Shown one piece after another: positions 25,942 to 38,450 of a stretch of DNA of 64,000 nucleotides. The position numbers and the translations under genes are program-made. The stretch is from assembly GCF_001194135.2 (NCBI RefSeq), contig NC_069002.1, positions 14,148,466-14,212,465 on the forward strand, given 5' to 3'. Source of the stretch: Octopus bimaculoides (Eukaryota). Under the pieces are notes generated by a model. That model saw only the letters and a program-made list of their open reading frames with translations, was not told the origin of the DNA and did no database searches. The first letter of the stretch is position 1; the number at the start of each line of letters is the position of its first letter.

Positions 25942-26745
25942 AAAATCTTAGGCTTGGTTTTAAAAAAAAGGGGCAATTAAAAAAGGAATCAGAGAGCCTA
26001 ATAGTAGCAACCCAGAATCAAGTGATAAAAACAAACAACTTGAGGAAAAGTGTATATGGGGAGCATGTGTCAGAAAAATGTAGTCTGTGGAACTTGGGAC
26101 GAGACAGTGGCACACATTATTGCAGAATGACCCAAGTTGGTATAGAGAGAATATAAGAAATGAAGGAATGACTAGATTGCAAAAGTTATACACTGTGCCA
26201 GAAATGGGGATTTGAAACTGGAAACACATGGTACAATCATCGAGTCAAAAGAGTACTGGAGTCGGAGAAGTGTAAGATTTTGTGGGACTTTCCAATCCAA
26301 ATGGACAAGAAATTAGAAAATAATACACCAGACATAACAATTGTAGATAAGGAAAAGCGAACTTACTTATCAACCCATCATGCCCGTTTGATTCCAGAAT
26401 TGTAAGGAAAGAGGAAGAAAAATTAAGACAACAACAAAAAGATACAATCCCTTAAAGTTTGAAATTGGAAGAATTTCAAGCATGCGAACAGTAAAGGTTG
26501 TGGCTATAATACTTGGTGTGTTTGGAACAGTAAGTAAAGACATAGACAAATGATTGAAGGAGATTGGAATAGAATGCCCCGGTAGAATTCCTACAGAAAG
26601 TTTGTCTTTTACGGACAGCAAGGATTATCAGGAAGGTTCTAAGCACTTGAAAGACTGCTGAAAACTTGTGGATGCCTAGGGTTACAGGTAGTAACTAGCT
26701 ATCTACATAATTCTTACCAGGAATGGGATCGAACCTGAGCCAAGC

Positions 26746-26779
<34 letters not shown>

Positions 26780-26780
26780 G
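25940..26780 (+). mobile_element. R4/Dong-like LINE, 5'-truncated (CCHC knuckle plus REL endonuclease), disrupted
   Basis: Translation across frameshifts: KKESESLIVATQNQVIKTN...KCSL.G..DETVAHIIAE...KILWDFPIQMDKKLENNTPDITIVDK...CPFDSRI..KEEEK...LQKVCLLRTARIIRKVLST*, then a 3' UTR and a (TAA)n tail at 26746-26778. Confidence 0.9.
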
Positions 26781-27383
26781 TAATAAATTTGATAGTGATG
26801 ATGATGATTTCAGACATAGGCCTGAGACACGTAATTGGCCCTCCAGTTCATAACAGGTATCTATTTTTAACAATCAACGAAAGAAAGTTTTGAAGACAAT
26901 GCTAACATCGAAAGAAACGGGAAGCGAATGAGAAATATAAATTAGAAAATGTTTTGTAAAAGATGTGTTAAACTCAATAAAGAATCTATTGTTAGCAATT
27001 GAAAGAATTTAACTTGTTTGCTGCCAGAGATTCTGAAGTACTTGAATATCGATTATTTTTACTCTCCAGACATTTCTCTCCTGTCGGAGCGATTGACTTT
27101 CATTGGTGTCACCTTTAGAGTTTTTAACTTAATTTCATAGAAGTGGAAAATTTAGAAGTCGAGATAAATACCCATCTGCTGGTTGTTGGACATCTTTACA
27201 GAGTGAAATTAATGTTGGAAGTAAGTGTTACTATATGTTAGCTATTACATACGAGAATACCACCAATTTTTTTTTTGTAATCCAATACAGAAAGTCATGT
27301 GATTACAATCATTGGTCTTAGAGAAATTATCACCCCCTCTATCTAGCACCCTCACACAAACGCATATTCATACAGACACCCTC

Positions 27384-27857
27384 AGAGGGTGCGGAAAGTA
27401 AATTGCCACCATTTTATATTTTTAGTTTCGCGGATGTGCATTGTTTGTTTTTGGTTTTGTCGGCTACGCAGTATAGTAGGGTCAGTTGGGCACTGTCTGT
27501 GAGAAAAACAGCACCATGTCGCAATTCAGTCTGCCAGAAACTTGGAAACGACATTCTGTATTGCTTCTCATTCGCGCAGCTGTCACTCTGGGGAGATGTA
27601 CCGAGAATGATAAAAATCAAACATCCAGTCAACATCATGGTGTTTGGAGTGATCACTCGTGATGGCGACGTTATGCCTCCATTCATCTTCCCACACGACC
27701 TCACACTCAACACGGAGGCCTGCATTAAGTAGCTGGAGGTAGGTCAAGAAGGTGGCTGTTGGAAGATCCTATGTCTGACAACAGGACTCTGCACTATGTC
27801 ACACAAGCAGGGGAACCCATTCATGGCTGTCAAATAGTTACTGCAATTACATCATCC
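27384..27857 (+). mobile_element. Internally deleted Tc1/mariner-superfamily (maT/DD37D-like) DNA transposon
   Basis: TIR-like gagggtgcggaaagtaaattgccacc. ATG at 27516 (MSQFSLPETWKRHSVLLLIR) jumps at about 27577 to catalytic-domain KHPVNIMVFGVITRDGDVMPPFIF...QQDSA.CHTS. The subfamily call is from recalled motifs. Confidence 0.8.
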
Positions 27858-28186
27858 CCAGGACTTATCCTTTGTAAGCCTAGTACTTATTCTATTATTT
27901 TATCGGTCCATTTTGACGAACCGATAAGTTACGGGGACGTAAACACACCAGCATCGGTTGTTAAGCGATGCTGGGAAAACAAACACAGACACACCAACAT
28001 ATACACACACATACATATGCATATGCATATATACGACGATCTTCTTTCAGTTTCCGTCTACCAAATCCACTCACAAGGCTTTGGTCGGCCCGAGGCTATA
28101 GTAGAAGACACTTGGCCAAGGTGCCACGCAATGGGACTGAACCCTGAACCATGTGGTTGGTAGGCAAGCTACTTACCACACAGCCC
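27858..28186 (-). mobile_element. tRNA-derived SINE (family A), lacking 3' tail
   Basis: On the minus strand: ggctgtgtggtaag A-box, ggttcagtccc B-box, caccttggccaagtgtcttctactatagcctcgggccgaccaaagccttgtgagtggatttggtagacggaaactgaaagaag, an internal microsatellite, then acgtccccgtaactta. Confidence 0.92.
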
Positions 28187-28255
28187 CTCCTACGACTATA
28201 TTTATTTATATATACATACATATACACACACACATATATACATATATATATACAT

Positions 28256-28300
<45 letters not shown>

Positions 28301-29822
28301 ATACANNNNNNNNNNGCGCTAGAAATCGAAACGTGACTAGTTTTATGAGTGACATGAACTACATAAAAAAATAACATTTCCGATCTTTTGTACGTCATTC
28401 AATACTTTACTTTAAATTTCTCCTATATTTTACAATATGTTTACGTGTGTTTGAACATGTATGCATATCTGTACACTCACACGCACCTATATAAGGATGG
28501 TTCCACGCATTTCTTTATATGTCTCACATCTGTTATTAAAGCAATAATGTCTCACATTAAACATCTTCAAACAAAACAACCATACATCACAAGTGTTCCT
28601 TAATAAAGGAAGAAAAATCCAGTCAATGAAAGACAATAAAATCGATAGAGTTAAATGTAGAACTGCGAACAAATCTATTTGGGCAGCTACGAAAACACAC
28701 TGAATGTAAATGTGGAACTTCTCATCTTCAGCCAGCGGTACAGATATGCTCATGGTTTTGGCACATTTAACAGCACCACTCCATAATAAAAAAAATATGT
28801 ATGTATGTGTGAATGTATGTATATATACATATGTATGCATGTAGACGGTTTCGATATAGATTCAAGGCTTGAATATGGTACTTATGCGTAGGCACCCGAA
28901 TATCGCATCCCAAAAGGATAGGTGATTAAAATAAAAAAATAAGCAACACGGATTTCAAAGGTGATTGCAGTACGCACGTTTCATGCTATTTCAATTTATT
29001 TAAGTAATGCGAGCATTACCTTAAATGCAATATGAAGAGCAATCTTCAGCTGCACGAAAATGCAGAAAAAATTACTGTATATATGCATACTTTTATGTAT
29101 GCATACTTGTATCTATATTGTCTCACACACACAGACTAGCGTGCGCTAGTCTGTGGGAAATTGCGTAGCCTATGTTGAACTCAGGATCGTTAGGCTTTGG
29201 GTTTCATTTTCGGACGGGTTGTGCATTGTGTTCCATACAGTACATCCAGTAAGAAGAACGTAGAAGCGCAGCTGAGGATCAGTACTAATGGATTGACATC
29301 CATATGCGGAGCTAATCTTCTTGTATTTCCTCTTGCTTAGGGATGTGACGAAGATAAACTACAGCCTAATGTTTGGGTCTCCAAGAGACGTATATATATA
29401 TATATATATATATATATNNNNNNNNNNNNNNNNNNNNNNNNNNNNNNNNNNNNNNNNNNNNNNNNNNNNNNNNNNNNNNNNNNNNNNNNNNNNNNNNNNN
29501 NNNNNNNNNNNNNNNNNNNNNNNNNNNNNNNNNNNNNNNNNNNNNNNNNNNNNNNNNNNNNNNNNNNNNNNNNNNNNNNNNNNNNNNNNNNNNNNNNNNN
29601 NNNNNNNNNNNNNNNNNNNNNNNNNNNNNNNNNNNNNNNNNNNNNNNNNNNNNNNNNNNNNNNNNNNNNNNNNNNNNNNNNNNNNNNNNNNNNNNNNNNN
29701 NNNNNNNNNNNNNNNNNNNNNNNATATATATATATATATATATTCCATAATAGGAAACGTGAAAAATGCTTTAACATACATACAAACATATGAACATACA
29801 TATATGCACACACACACACACA

Positions 29823-29867
<45 letters not shown>

Positions 29868-30651
29868 ACACACACACATACACACACACACACAGACACA
29901 CATACACACACACACATATATATATATATATACATGTAAATATAGATGTATATAAGTGAATATACAAACTCACATACAGATATATATATATATATGTATA
30001 TATATATTTGAAAATAGCCACCTTCCATTCCGGTACACTATGCATATCGTGATATATACATAACATACGGATGCATATATTTCGGGGAAAATGCAAATGT
30101 ACAAAAAAATACACCCATATGTCATACCTTTGTTCACGACGAACAATACAGATTCATAAATATATACTCCAAAACACACTCGCATATATACACGTATGTA
30201 TATACGCTCATACACACACATATGCTTATGTGTGTGTATGTGTAGTGGGTTTTATGCATCACTATTAATGTGCAACTCTCCAATGTGTGGGAGAAGGTAA
30301 AATTTAAGTTATCTCAACACAAACTTTTTATGGCTTTTGAAAACCTAAAAATCAATATACCGCAGTATAAGCAAGCTTTACTGATTTAAACAGACAAACT
30401 TTTCATTTGATTACGCATTTGATACTCTCTCCCTCCCTGTGTCACTCTCTCGCTCTCTCATACACATTTCTATCTTCTTCTATTTTCTGCTATTGTTTCA
30501 GCATCGTTTATTGTCTATCAACCTTGCTATTTGACTGTCTGCCTGCCTGTCTGTCTATCAACCGATACGTCTCACAATGAAGTTGGTTTATTTGTACGTG
30601 TACGCATATATTAGCATACATGCGCCATGCACGCGTATGTGAAAAACATAT

Positions 30652-30708
<57 letters not shown>

Positions 30709-30826
30709 TATATATAAATGTACACATGCCAAGCTATATGATTTATACATGGATGTATATGTCAATCTCTGTCTATTTAGATATATATCGCAATGTAACT
30801 GCATTGCTCGTAAACATTCTCCCATA

Positions 30827-30864
<38 letters not shown>

Positions 30865-31284
30865 TGCATATATGTATATGCACACAGATACGTACATATG
30901 CATGAAAAAACTGAAAGTAAAACCTATATGCACTTATAAGCACGGAAAAAATAATGAATATGTAACAGACTCTGTGTTTGTGTGTGTGTATATATATATA
31001 CGTACATGCATACACACACCCACACATATATATGTACACACACATACGCATACACGCATATATCTACATATATATAGGCACTTGGATTATGTATATGTAT
31101 ATGTATTTATANNNNNNNNNNNNNNNNNNNNNNNNNNNNNNNNNNNNNNNNNNNNNNNNNNNNNNNNNNNNNNNNNNNNNNNNNNNNNNNNNNNNNNNNN
31201 NNNNNNNNNNNNNNNNNNNNNNNNNNNNNNNNNNNNNNNNNNNNNNNNNNNNNNNNNNNNNNNNNNNNNNNNNNNNNNNNNNNN

Positions 31285-31333
<49 letters not shown>

Positions 31334-31662
31334 TATATATATATGCATATATGTAGTTCGTTTTTACTACACATATACCTGCACACATATATGGTAGGCG
31401 TACATATATACATTTGTCTGAGGCTTTTTGTGCTTTTTTTCGTACGATATATGCATATATGCATACACATATATAACCTAAACAGAAATGGAAAACAAGA
31501 CATGACATACACTTTCATTAAAATCGACTCCCAATCTACATCCTCATATGCAAATACACATAAACCGAAACATATATACATATATATATGTATGTATAAA
31601 TACATATATGTATAAATATATATGTGTGTGTATATTTATGTATGTATATATATATATGTATG

Positions 31663-31713
<51 letters not shown>

Positions 31714-32332
31714 NNNNNNNNNNNNNNNNNNNNNNNNNNNNNNNNNNNNNNNNNNNNNNNNNNNNNNNNNNNNNNNNNNNNNNNNNNNNNNNNNNNNNNN
31801 NNNNNNNNNNNNNNNNNNNNNNNNNNNNNNNNNNNNNNNNNNNNNNNNNNNNNNNNNNNNNNNNNNNNNNNNNNNNNNNNNNNNNNNNNNNNNNNNNNNN
31901 NNNNNNNNNNNNNNNNNNNNNNNNNNNNNNNNNNNNNNNNNNNNNNNNNNNNNNNNNNNNNNNNNNNNNNNNNNNNNNNNNNNNNNNNNNNNNNNNNNNN
32001 NNNNNNNNNNNNNNNNNNNNNNNNNNNNNNNNNNNNNNNNNNNNNNNNNNNNNNNNNNNNNNNNNNNNNNNNNNNNNNNNNNNNNNNNNNNNNNNNNNNN
32101 NNNNNNNNNNNNNNNNNNNNNNNNNNNNNNNNNNNNNNNNNNNNNNNNNNNNNNNNNNNNNNNNNNNNNNNNNNNNNNNNNNNNNNNNNNNNNNNNNNNN
32201 NNNNNNNNNNNNNNNNNNNNNNNNNNNNNNNNNNNNNNNNNNNNNNNNNNNNNNNNNNNNNNNNNNNNNNNNNNNNNNNNNNNNNNNNNNNNNNNNNNNN
32301 NNNNNNNNNNNNNNNNNNNNNNNNNNNNNNNN

Positions 32333-32401
<69 letters not shown>

Positions 32402-33798
32402 GCGCACGTACACTCACACACAAACACACACACGTGATTCTATTTTCGATTTGTTTTAAAATATAGACATTTAATCACCGTCCAAGTCTGGTTTTACTAA
32501 CAATCATTTATTGTGTGTGCATATTACGAATGCACGTATGTATGTATGTATGCATGTATGTATGTATGTATGTATGTATGTGTGTGTGTGTGCATGTATA
32601 TGTCAAAGCCACAGAGAAGGTCACTCTTTTAGAAAAAAGATACACTGACATAAATTTTGCAGTCAAAATACTCCCGGTCGTCCTGCTATGCTTGTCACTG
32701 GAACGTTCTACGATGACCGAAAGACTGCCAAAATGTCGTACAAGATTTTGCCACTTAAATCCATTGATGTGCAAATGTCTCACTATAATTTCGTTTCTTG
32801 ATATGATTCGAATTTTGTAAATTGCTATGGTGATGGATGCATCGCATAAAAATATCATATCCGCGCACATGCGGGGATGAAAGTAACTCAGAGCAAACAG
32901 ATGCAATGTAAGACGGCTATCATATAAGAAGATGAGGCAATCATCACGTGTATGTATGTATGAATGTATTCACACACAACAGATGCCCAAACGCAAGCCT
33001 AAAAGTACGTATAATACTACTACTGGATAGCACAGGGGGAAATCTGAAGGTGGATAAGCTTTGTACTGTGCTCTGCTACGCTCTTAACAGAATACACCAT
33101 AACTATATATATATATATATATATAAGCGGGATGACCACTATGTGGGCATACATTTAGCTAGAAGTTGACCACATATGGTCTGACCACTAAGAAAAGATT
33201 GTTCTCAAGAAAATTCAGCAAACACCCCTCTTTTATGTATATAATATAATTTTTCTGAATCTTCAGATTTTTCAATATGCTAGGCCATTGGTTTTAAATT
33301 GATATTAATCAAATTAATATTCAATTTTTCACCCTTATTATTTAAATCTATATATATATATATATATANNNNNNNNNNNNNNNNNNNNNNNNNNNNNNNN
33401 NNNNNNNNNNNNNNNNNNNNNNNNNNNNNNNNNNNNNNNNNNNNNNNNNNNNNNNNNNNNNNNNNNNNNNNNNNNNNNNNNNNNNNNNNNNNNNNNNNNN
33501 NNNNNNNNNNNNNNNNNNNNNNNNNNNNNNNNNNNNNNNNNNNNNNNNNNNNNNNNNNNNNNNNNNNNNNNNNNNNNNNNNNNNNNNNNNNNNNNNNNNN
33601 NNNNNNNNNNNNNNNNNNNNNNNNNNNNNNNNNNNNNNNNNNNNNNNNNNNNNNNNNNNNNNNNNNNNNNNNNNNNNNNNNNNNNNNNNNNNNNNNNNNN
33701 NNNNNNNNNNNNNNNNNNNNNNNNNNNNNNNNNNNNNNNNNNNNNNNNNNNNNNNNNNNNNNNNNNNNNNNNNNNNNNNNNNNNNNNNNNNNNNNNNN

Positions 33799-33842
<44 letters not shown>

Positions 33843-34752
33843 CTAGACACAAAAGAATGACGGCAACTTCAAAGTTACGCTAAAAGCCGCTCATTAAGCT
33901 TTAAAAATGTAAGAAATATTAAGCCTCTTTCTACGTGATAAAATTACTGAAGTAAGAAAAAATAAAAAAAGAAAAAAAAAAGAAAAGAAAAGACATAATG
34001 TGAGAGTTAAAGAAAGCAGTTGGTTCTGAAGAAGTTTGTTCTGAACAAGACCTGTGATGTCATTAATGGCTGTTGAGAATAATTTTATTAGGAATCTAAT
34101 TGAAAGCAGGAGGAAATGCAAGTAGCGTTATAAATCAATATTTTGGATAAGTTATTATAAAATAGAAATTCAAGTAAGAAAATAAGTGTAAAATTAAATG
34201 ACTTAGAGGATGCTAAATAATAAAATAAAGTAAAATTTAGCCATCGTAGAATAAAGTTTAATTCCTATATCTACCACAGTATAAAAGGATTTAGCATTAG
34301 TAAAACGTGAAGAGTTAAAAATAGAGGCTAATTACCAATTTAATATATCTGTGATAGTAGTAGACTTTTAATTAGTACTGCTATTCTGGTTTCGCTTTGC
34401 TTTAATACTTGCATCAATGTATTTAATTGTTATTTTACTTCTGTCTCTAACGCAACATATTCTGTAAAAGTATAATCCATTTATATTATAATAGTGCTGA
34501 TTCCGTTTCTCTGACAGCTTTACTTTATTTTTATTTTATTACCCAAGTGTCTCCCTTTCAACTAGTTTTTCAGTTACGTTCTTCCATAGATTTCAATTTT
34601 ATGACAACTTATCCGTAAAATAGAAATCTCACGCTACTTCAGTTTCACTCTGTCTTCAGTAAGATTGTTTGGAAAATGTTCTCCATGAAAATTTCCACAT
34701 AAAATTCCAGTTAATCACCCTACGCTTCTGGATCCTGGTTCAAATTTCACCA

Positions 34753-35423
34753 GTGCATTGTTGTCTGAAGAATCCAATTCTTCGCGCTCCACAGATTCGG
34801 TTGCTTTCGCCAAACATCCTCTCTCAGACTCCAACACGATGTTTCTGCTCAGTGGTCAGCAATCAGAAAACAGACTTGGCAGAGACAAGCTACATGTTCA
34901 ATTCAGATGTTAGGATTGCTTCCACAGATCCATACGACAGACCAACAACTTCAGCAATATCGTTGTTTGTCCGCCAACGATCCTTATGCTCCACCTGATG
35001 AATTTTCTCCACATTCCCGCGAGTGACTCTAGTGACAGGTCTTCCAGATCGCTCATCGTCTTATCAGGACGTTCTTCCGCTTTTAAAGCGCCCGTGTCAC
35101 TCAAAACATTGAGTGTGACCCATTACCTCATCGCTGTAAGCTTGCCGATGCAAGCTCAGTGCCTCTGTAGCAGATTTCTCAAGTTTAACGCAAAGTTTCA
35201 CGTTGGCGCTTTGTTCCAACTTCCTGTCCATGACAAAATCGCAGACTGCAGCGTACACGTGGTAACAAAAATACGAACTTCATAATTTGCGTAGTAAAAC
35301 AGCGAAGTCACTCGCCACGCTGCCACATAAAGGTCACTACTAGCTGTCATTGCGCCAGCATCCGTGTGCTGCCATCTGTTAGCGCGCTACAAAACCATTC
35401 CTGGAACGTTTCGATACCACGTC

Positions 35424-35426
<3 letters not shown>
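34753..35426 (-). mobile_element. Mariner transposon, 5' TIR plus internally deleted transposase pseudogene
   Basis: TA-tacgacgtggtatcgaaacgttccaggaat end at 35426. ATG at 35231 gives MDRKLEQSANVKLCVKLEKSATE...RFKSGRTS..DDERSGRP...SYGSVEAILTSELNM, then jumps to REDVWRKQPNLWSAKNWILQ.DNA. Confidence 0.88.
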
Positions 35427-35469
<43 letters not shown>

Positions 35470-35806
35470 CTAGTATCTCTTAGTTACAAAGCAGTAGAAT
35501 ATTTACAAAATAATCGTTATGGACGGTTCATTGGGTTATGACCGCGAAACCCTGGGTAACCCAATGAACCAATTGTAACTATCTCTTCCTTAATAACAGT
35601 ACAATAAAACATACTTAAAAGGACAACCAACAGAAATGCTGAAACCATGTGGCGAATTGTCGAGAGATTAACAACAATGGTAACAACAGCAGCCTCAACA
35701 AAGACAAGAAAATCAACAAAGAATTTAGCAACAGGGATAGCGATAACACAGCGACATCAGCGACAACAATATTACCAGGACCAGCAACAGTAACAACAAT
35801 TTGGAT

Positions 35807-35807
<1 letters not shown>

Positions 35808-35877
<70 letters not shown>

Positions 35878-35878
35878 A
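35808..35878. repeat. (TAA)n microsatellite
   Basis: Direct reading. Confidence 0.95.
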
Positions 35879-35991
35879 TAACAAAGACACCAGGACTTAC
35901 AAATATATATAACATACAGAAAATTGCACTACTGGGTACTGCACACATTCTACCCAAAACACTTTCAATACAGTAAACATAAGAGCACCAC
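35877..35991 (+). mobile_element. R4/Dong-like LINE 3' end (copy 1, runs into gap)
   Basis: Encodes ITKTPGLTNIYNIQKIALLGTAHILPKTLSIQ*; about 5 differences from the 37125-37238 copy over about 115 bp. Confidence 0.9.
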
Positions 35992-36965
35992 NNNNNNNNN
36001 NNNNNNNNNNNNNNNNNNNNNNNNNNNNNNNNNNNNNNNNNNNNNNNNNNNNNNNNNNNNNNNNNNNNNNNNNNNNNNNNNNNNNNNNNNNNNNNNNNNN
36101 NNNNNNNNNNNNNNNNNNNNNNNNNNNNNNNNNNNNNNNNNNNNNNNNNNNNNNNNNNNNNNNNNNNNNNNNNNNNNNNNNNNNNNNNNNNNNNNNNNNN
36201 NNNNNNNNNNNNNNNNNNNNNNNNNNNNNNNNNNNNNNNNNNNNNNNNNNNNNNNNNNNNNNNNNNNNNNNNNNNNNNNNNNNNNNNNNNNNNNNNNNNN
36301 NNNNNNNNNNNNNNNNNNNNNNNNNNNNNNNNNNNNNNNNNNNNNNNNNNNNNNNNNNNNNNNNNNNNNNNNNNNNNNNNNNNNNNNNNNNNNNNNNNNN
36401 NNNNNNNNNNNNNNNNNNNNNNNNNNNNNNNNNNNNNNNNNNNNNNNNNNNNNNNNNNNNNNNNNNNNNNNNNNNNNNNNNNNNNNNNNNNNNNNNNNNN
36501 NNNNNNNNNNNNNNNNNNNNNNNNNNNNNNNNNNNNNNNNNNNNNNNNNNNNNNNNNNNNNNNNNNNNNNNNNNNNNNNNNNNNNNNNNNNNNNNNNNNN
36601 NNNNNNNNNNNNNNNNNNNNNNNNNNNNNNNNNNNNNNNNNNNNNNNNNNNNNNNNNNNNNNNNNNNNNNNNNNNNNNNNNNNNNNNNNNNNNNNNNNNN
36701 NNNNNNNNNNNNNNNNNNNNNNNNNNNNNNNNNNNNNNNNNNNNNNNNNNNNNNNNNNNNNNNNNNNNNNNNNNNNNNNNNNNNNNNNNNNNNNNNNNNN
36801 NNNNNNNNNNNNNNNNNNNNNNNNNNNNNNNNNNNNNNNNNNNNNNNNNNNNNNNNNNNNNNNNNNNNNNNNNNNNNNNNNNNNNNNNNNNNNNNNNNNN
36901 NNNNNNNNNNNNNNNNNNNNNNNNNNNNNNNNNNNNNNNNNNNNNNNNNNNNNNNNNNNNNNNNN

Positions 36966-37337
36966 AATACCAGCAGATGACAACGTTTCTCTAAAAGAAA
37001 TGGAAAAACTTTCAAAATACAAAGACCTGGAAATAGAGATAACTCGAATGTGGAATCTAAAAACAGAAACAATTCCTATCATAGTAGGTGCCTTAGGTAT
37101 AATAAAAAAATATTCAGACAAATACATAACAAAAATATCAGGACTTACAAATATATATAACATACAGAAAATTACACTACTGGGTACTGCACACATTCTA
37201 CGCAAAACACTTTCAATACAGTAAACATAAGAGCACCACAGCAAACCACAGCACATACCCAAGGCGCATAGAGCTGCGCTCGGTAGTGAAGTGAAAGCAC
37301 GTTATAAAAATAAAACTACTGAACAATAATAATAATA
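36966..37337 (+). mobile_element. R4/Dong-like LINE 3' end (copy 2) with REL domain, 3' UTR and (TAA)n tail
   Basis: IPADDNVSLKEMEKLSKYKDLEIEITRMW...IIVGALG...LLGTAHILRKTLSIQ* (ORF 37000-37224), followed by UTR and aataataataata. Confidence 0.92.
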
Positions 37338-37341
37338 GTGA

Positions 37342-37530
37342 TTATTTCTAATTTTGGCACAAGGCCAGCAATTATAGTGCGAAAGGGTAAGTCGTTTACA
37401 TCAGCCCCAGTGCTTAACTGTTGCTTATTTAATCGACCACGAAATGAATAGAAGTCAAAGTTTGTCTCGGCGTAAAGAGCCGGAAGATATCCCGCTAAGC
37501 ATTTTGTCCGGCGTACTAATGATTCTCTCA
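37342..37530 (-). mobile_element. SINE family B copy
   Basis: ggcacaaggccagc...ccccagtgcttaactg...aatcgacc...ccgctaagcattttgtccggcgtactaatgattct, the reverse complement of head and body. Confidence 0.8.
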
Positions 37531-37739
37531 GCCCATTGCTGTAACAACACCAACATCATCAACAGCAACAAGGACGACAACAACAAAGGCAACAACAGTA
37601 ATAATAATAATAATAATCTTCATTAGCAAAAAGTAGAGACGAAAATTAAAATGACAATAGAATTTCTAGTCATAATTATTATTTAAGCACATCTCTTTAT
37701 ATTTGATATGACCGGAAGCATGAGCTAAGATACCAAGAT

Positions 37740-37740
<1 letters not shown>

Positions 37741-37820
<80 letters not shown>
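37741..37820. repeat. (GA)n microsatellite
   Basis: Direct reading. Confidence 0.95.
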
Positions 37821-37824
<4 letters not shown>

Positions 37825-38264
37825 AGCCATCTTCTAAAGAACACAAAGTAGTTGCTAGTATGAACTTTAACCCTTTTTTATAGTTTCAAATCAGTTACAT
37901 TTCGAAGACTCTTAAACCGTCATTGAATGTTAAACAATGCGGTAAAAGCTTCTTCTATTCTTACTTTGGCACAGAATAAAGCCGCATAGAATGCTCTCTA
38001 CTGTAAGGTATTATTATTTCATTCTGTAACCATTACCTTGCATTTTTGGTCAAAAGGTGTCTTTCGTCGCTGCTCACAAGAGCAAAGCCATATTCGATGT
38101 CATTATATAAAGCGTTTCTAATTGTAATTATCTAATTATTTCAGCGTTTCTGACTGTAATTATGTAATATCATGTAATTAATAGACTCTAACTCACAGAA
38201 ATGGCCATAGGTCTTTATCCTGTCACCCTGTTTGTGAGAAATATGATATTCTTGAAATTTTGAG

Positions 38265-38450
38265 GGAGGGCATCAATCGATTCCATCGGCTTCAGTGCTC
38301 CACTTGTATTTATTTTCTCGTTCCAGAAAAAAATGAAAAGCGAAGTCCAGCTTGGCGGAAATTGACCTCAGGACAAAAAGAACTTAATGAAACGCTGCTA
38401 AGCATTTTGTTGTGGCATGCAAATAATTCAGTCAGCCCATTGCCTTTTGC
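38265..38450 (-). mobile_element. SINE family B copy (degenerate)
   Basis: cagtgctccacttgtatttatttt...ggcggaaattgacctcag...gctgctaagcattttg...cccattgcctt. Confidence 0.7.

Noticed and set aside
30245-30300. 51-nt plus micro-exon candidate (WVLCITINVQLSNVWEK|gtaaaa), and similar ones at about 43190-43240 and 44645-44673
   Set aside because: Weak acceptors, no consistent strand or phase chain, and no recognisable protein.
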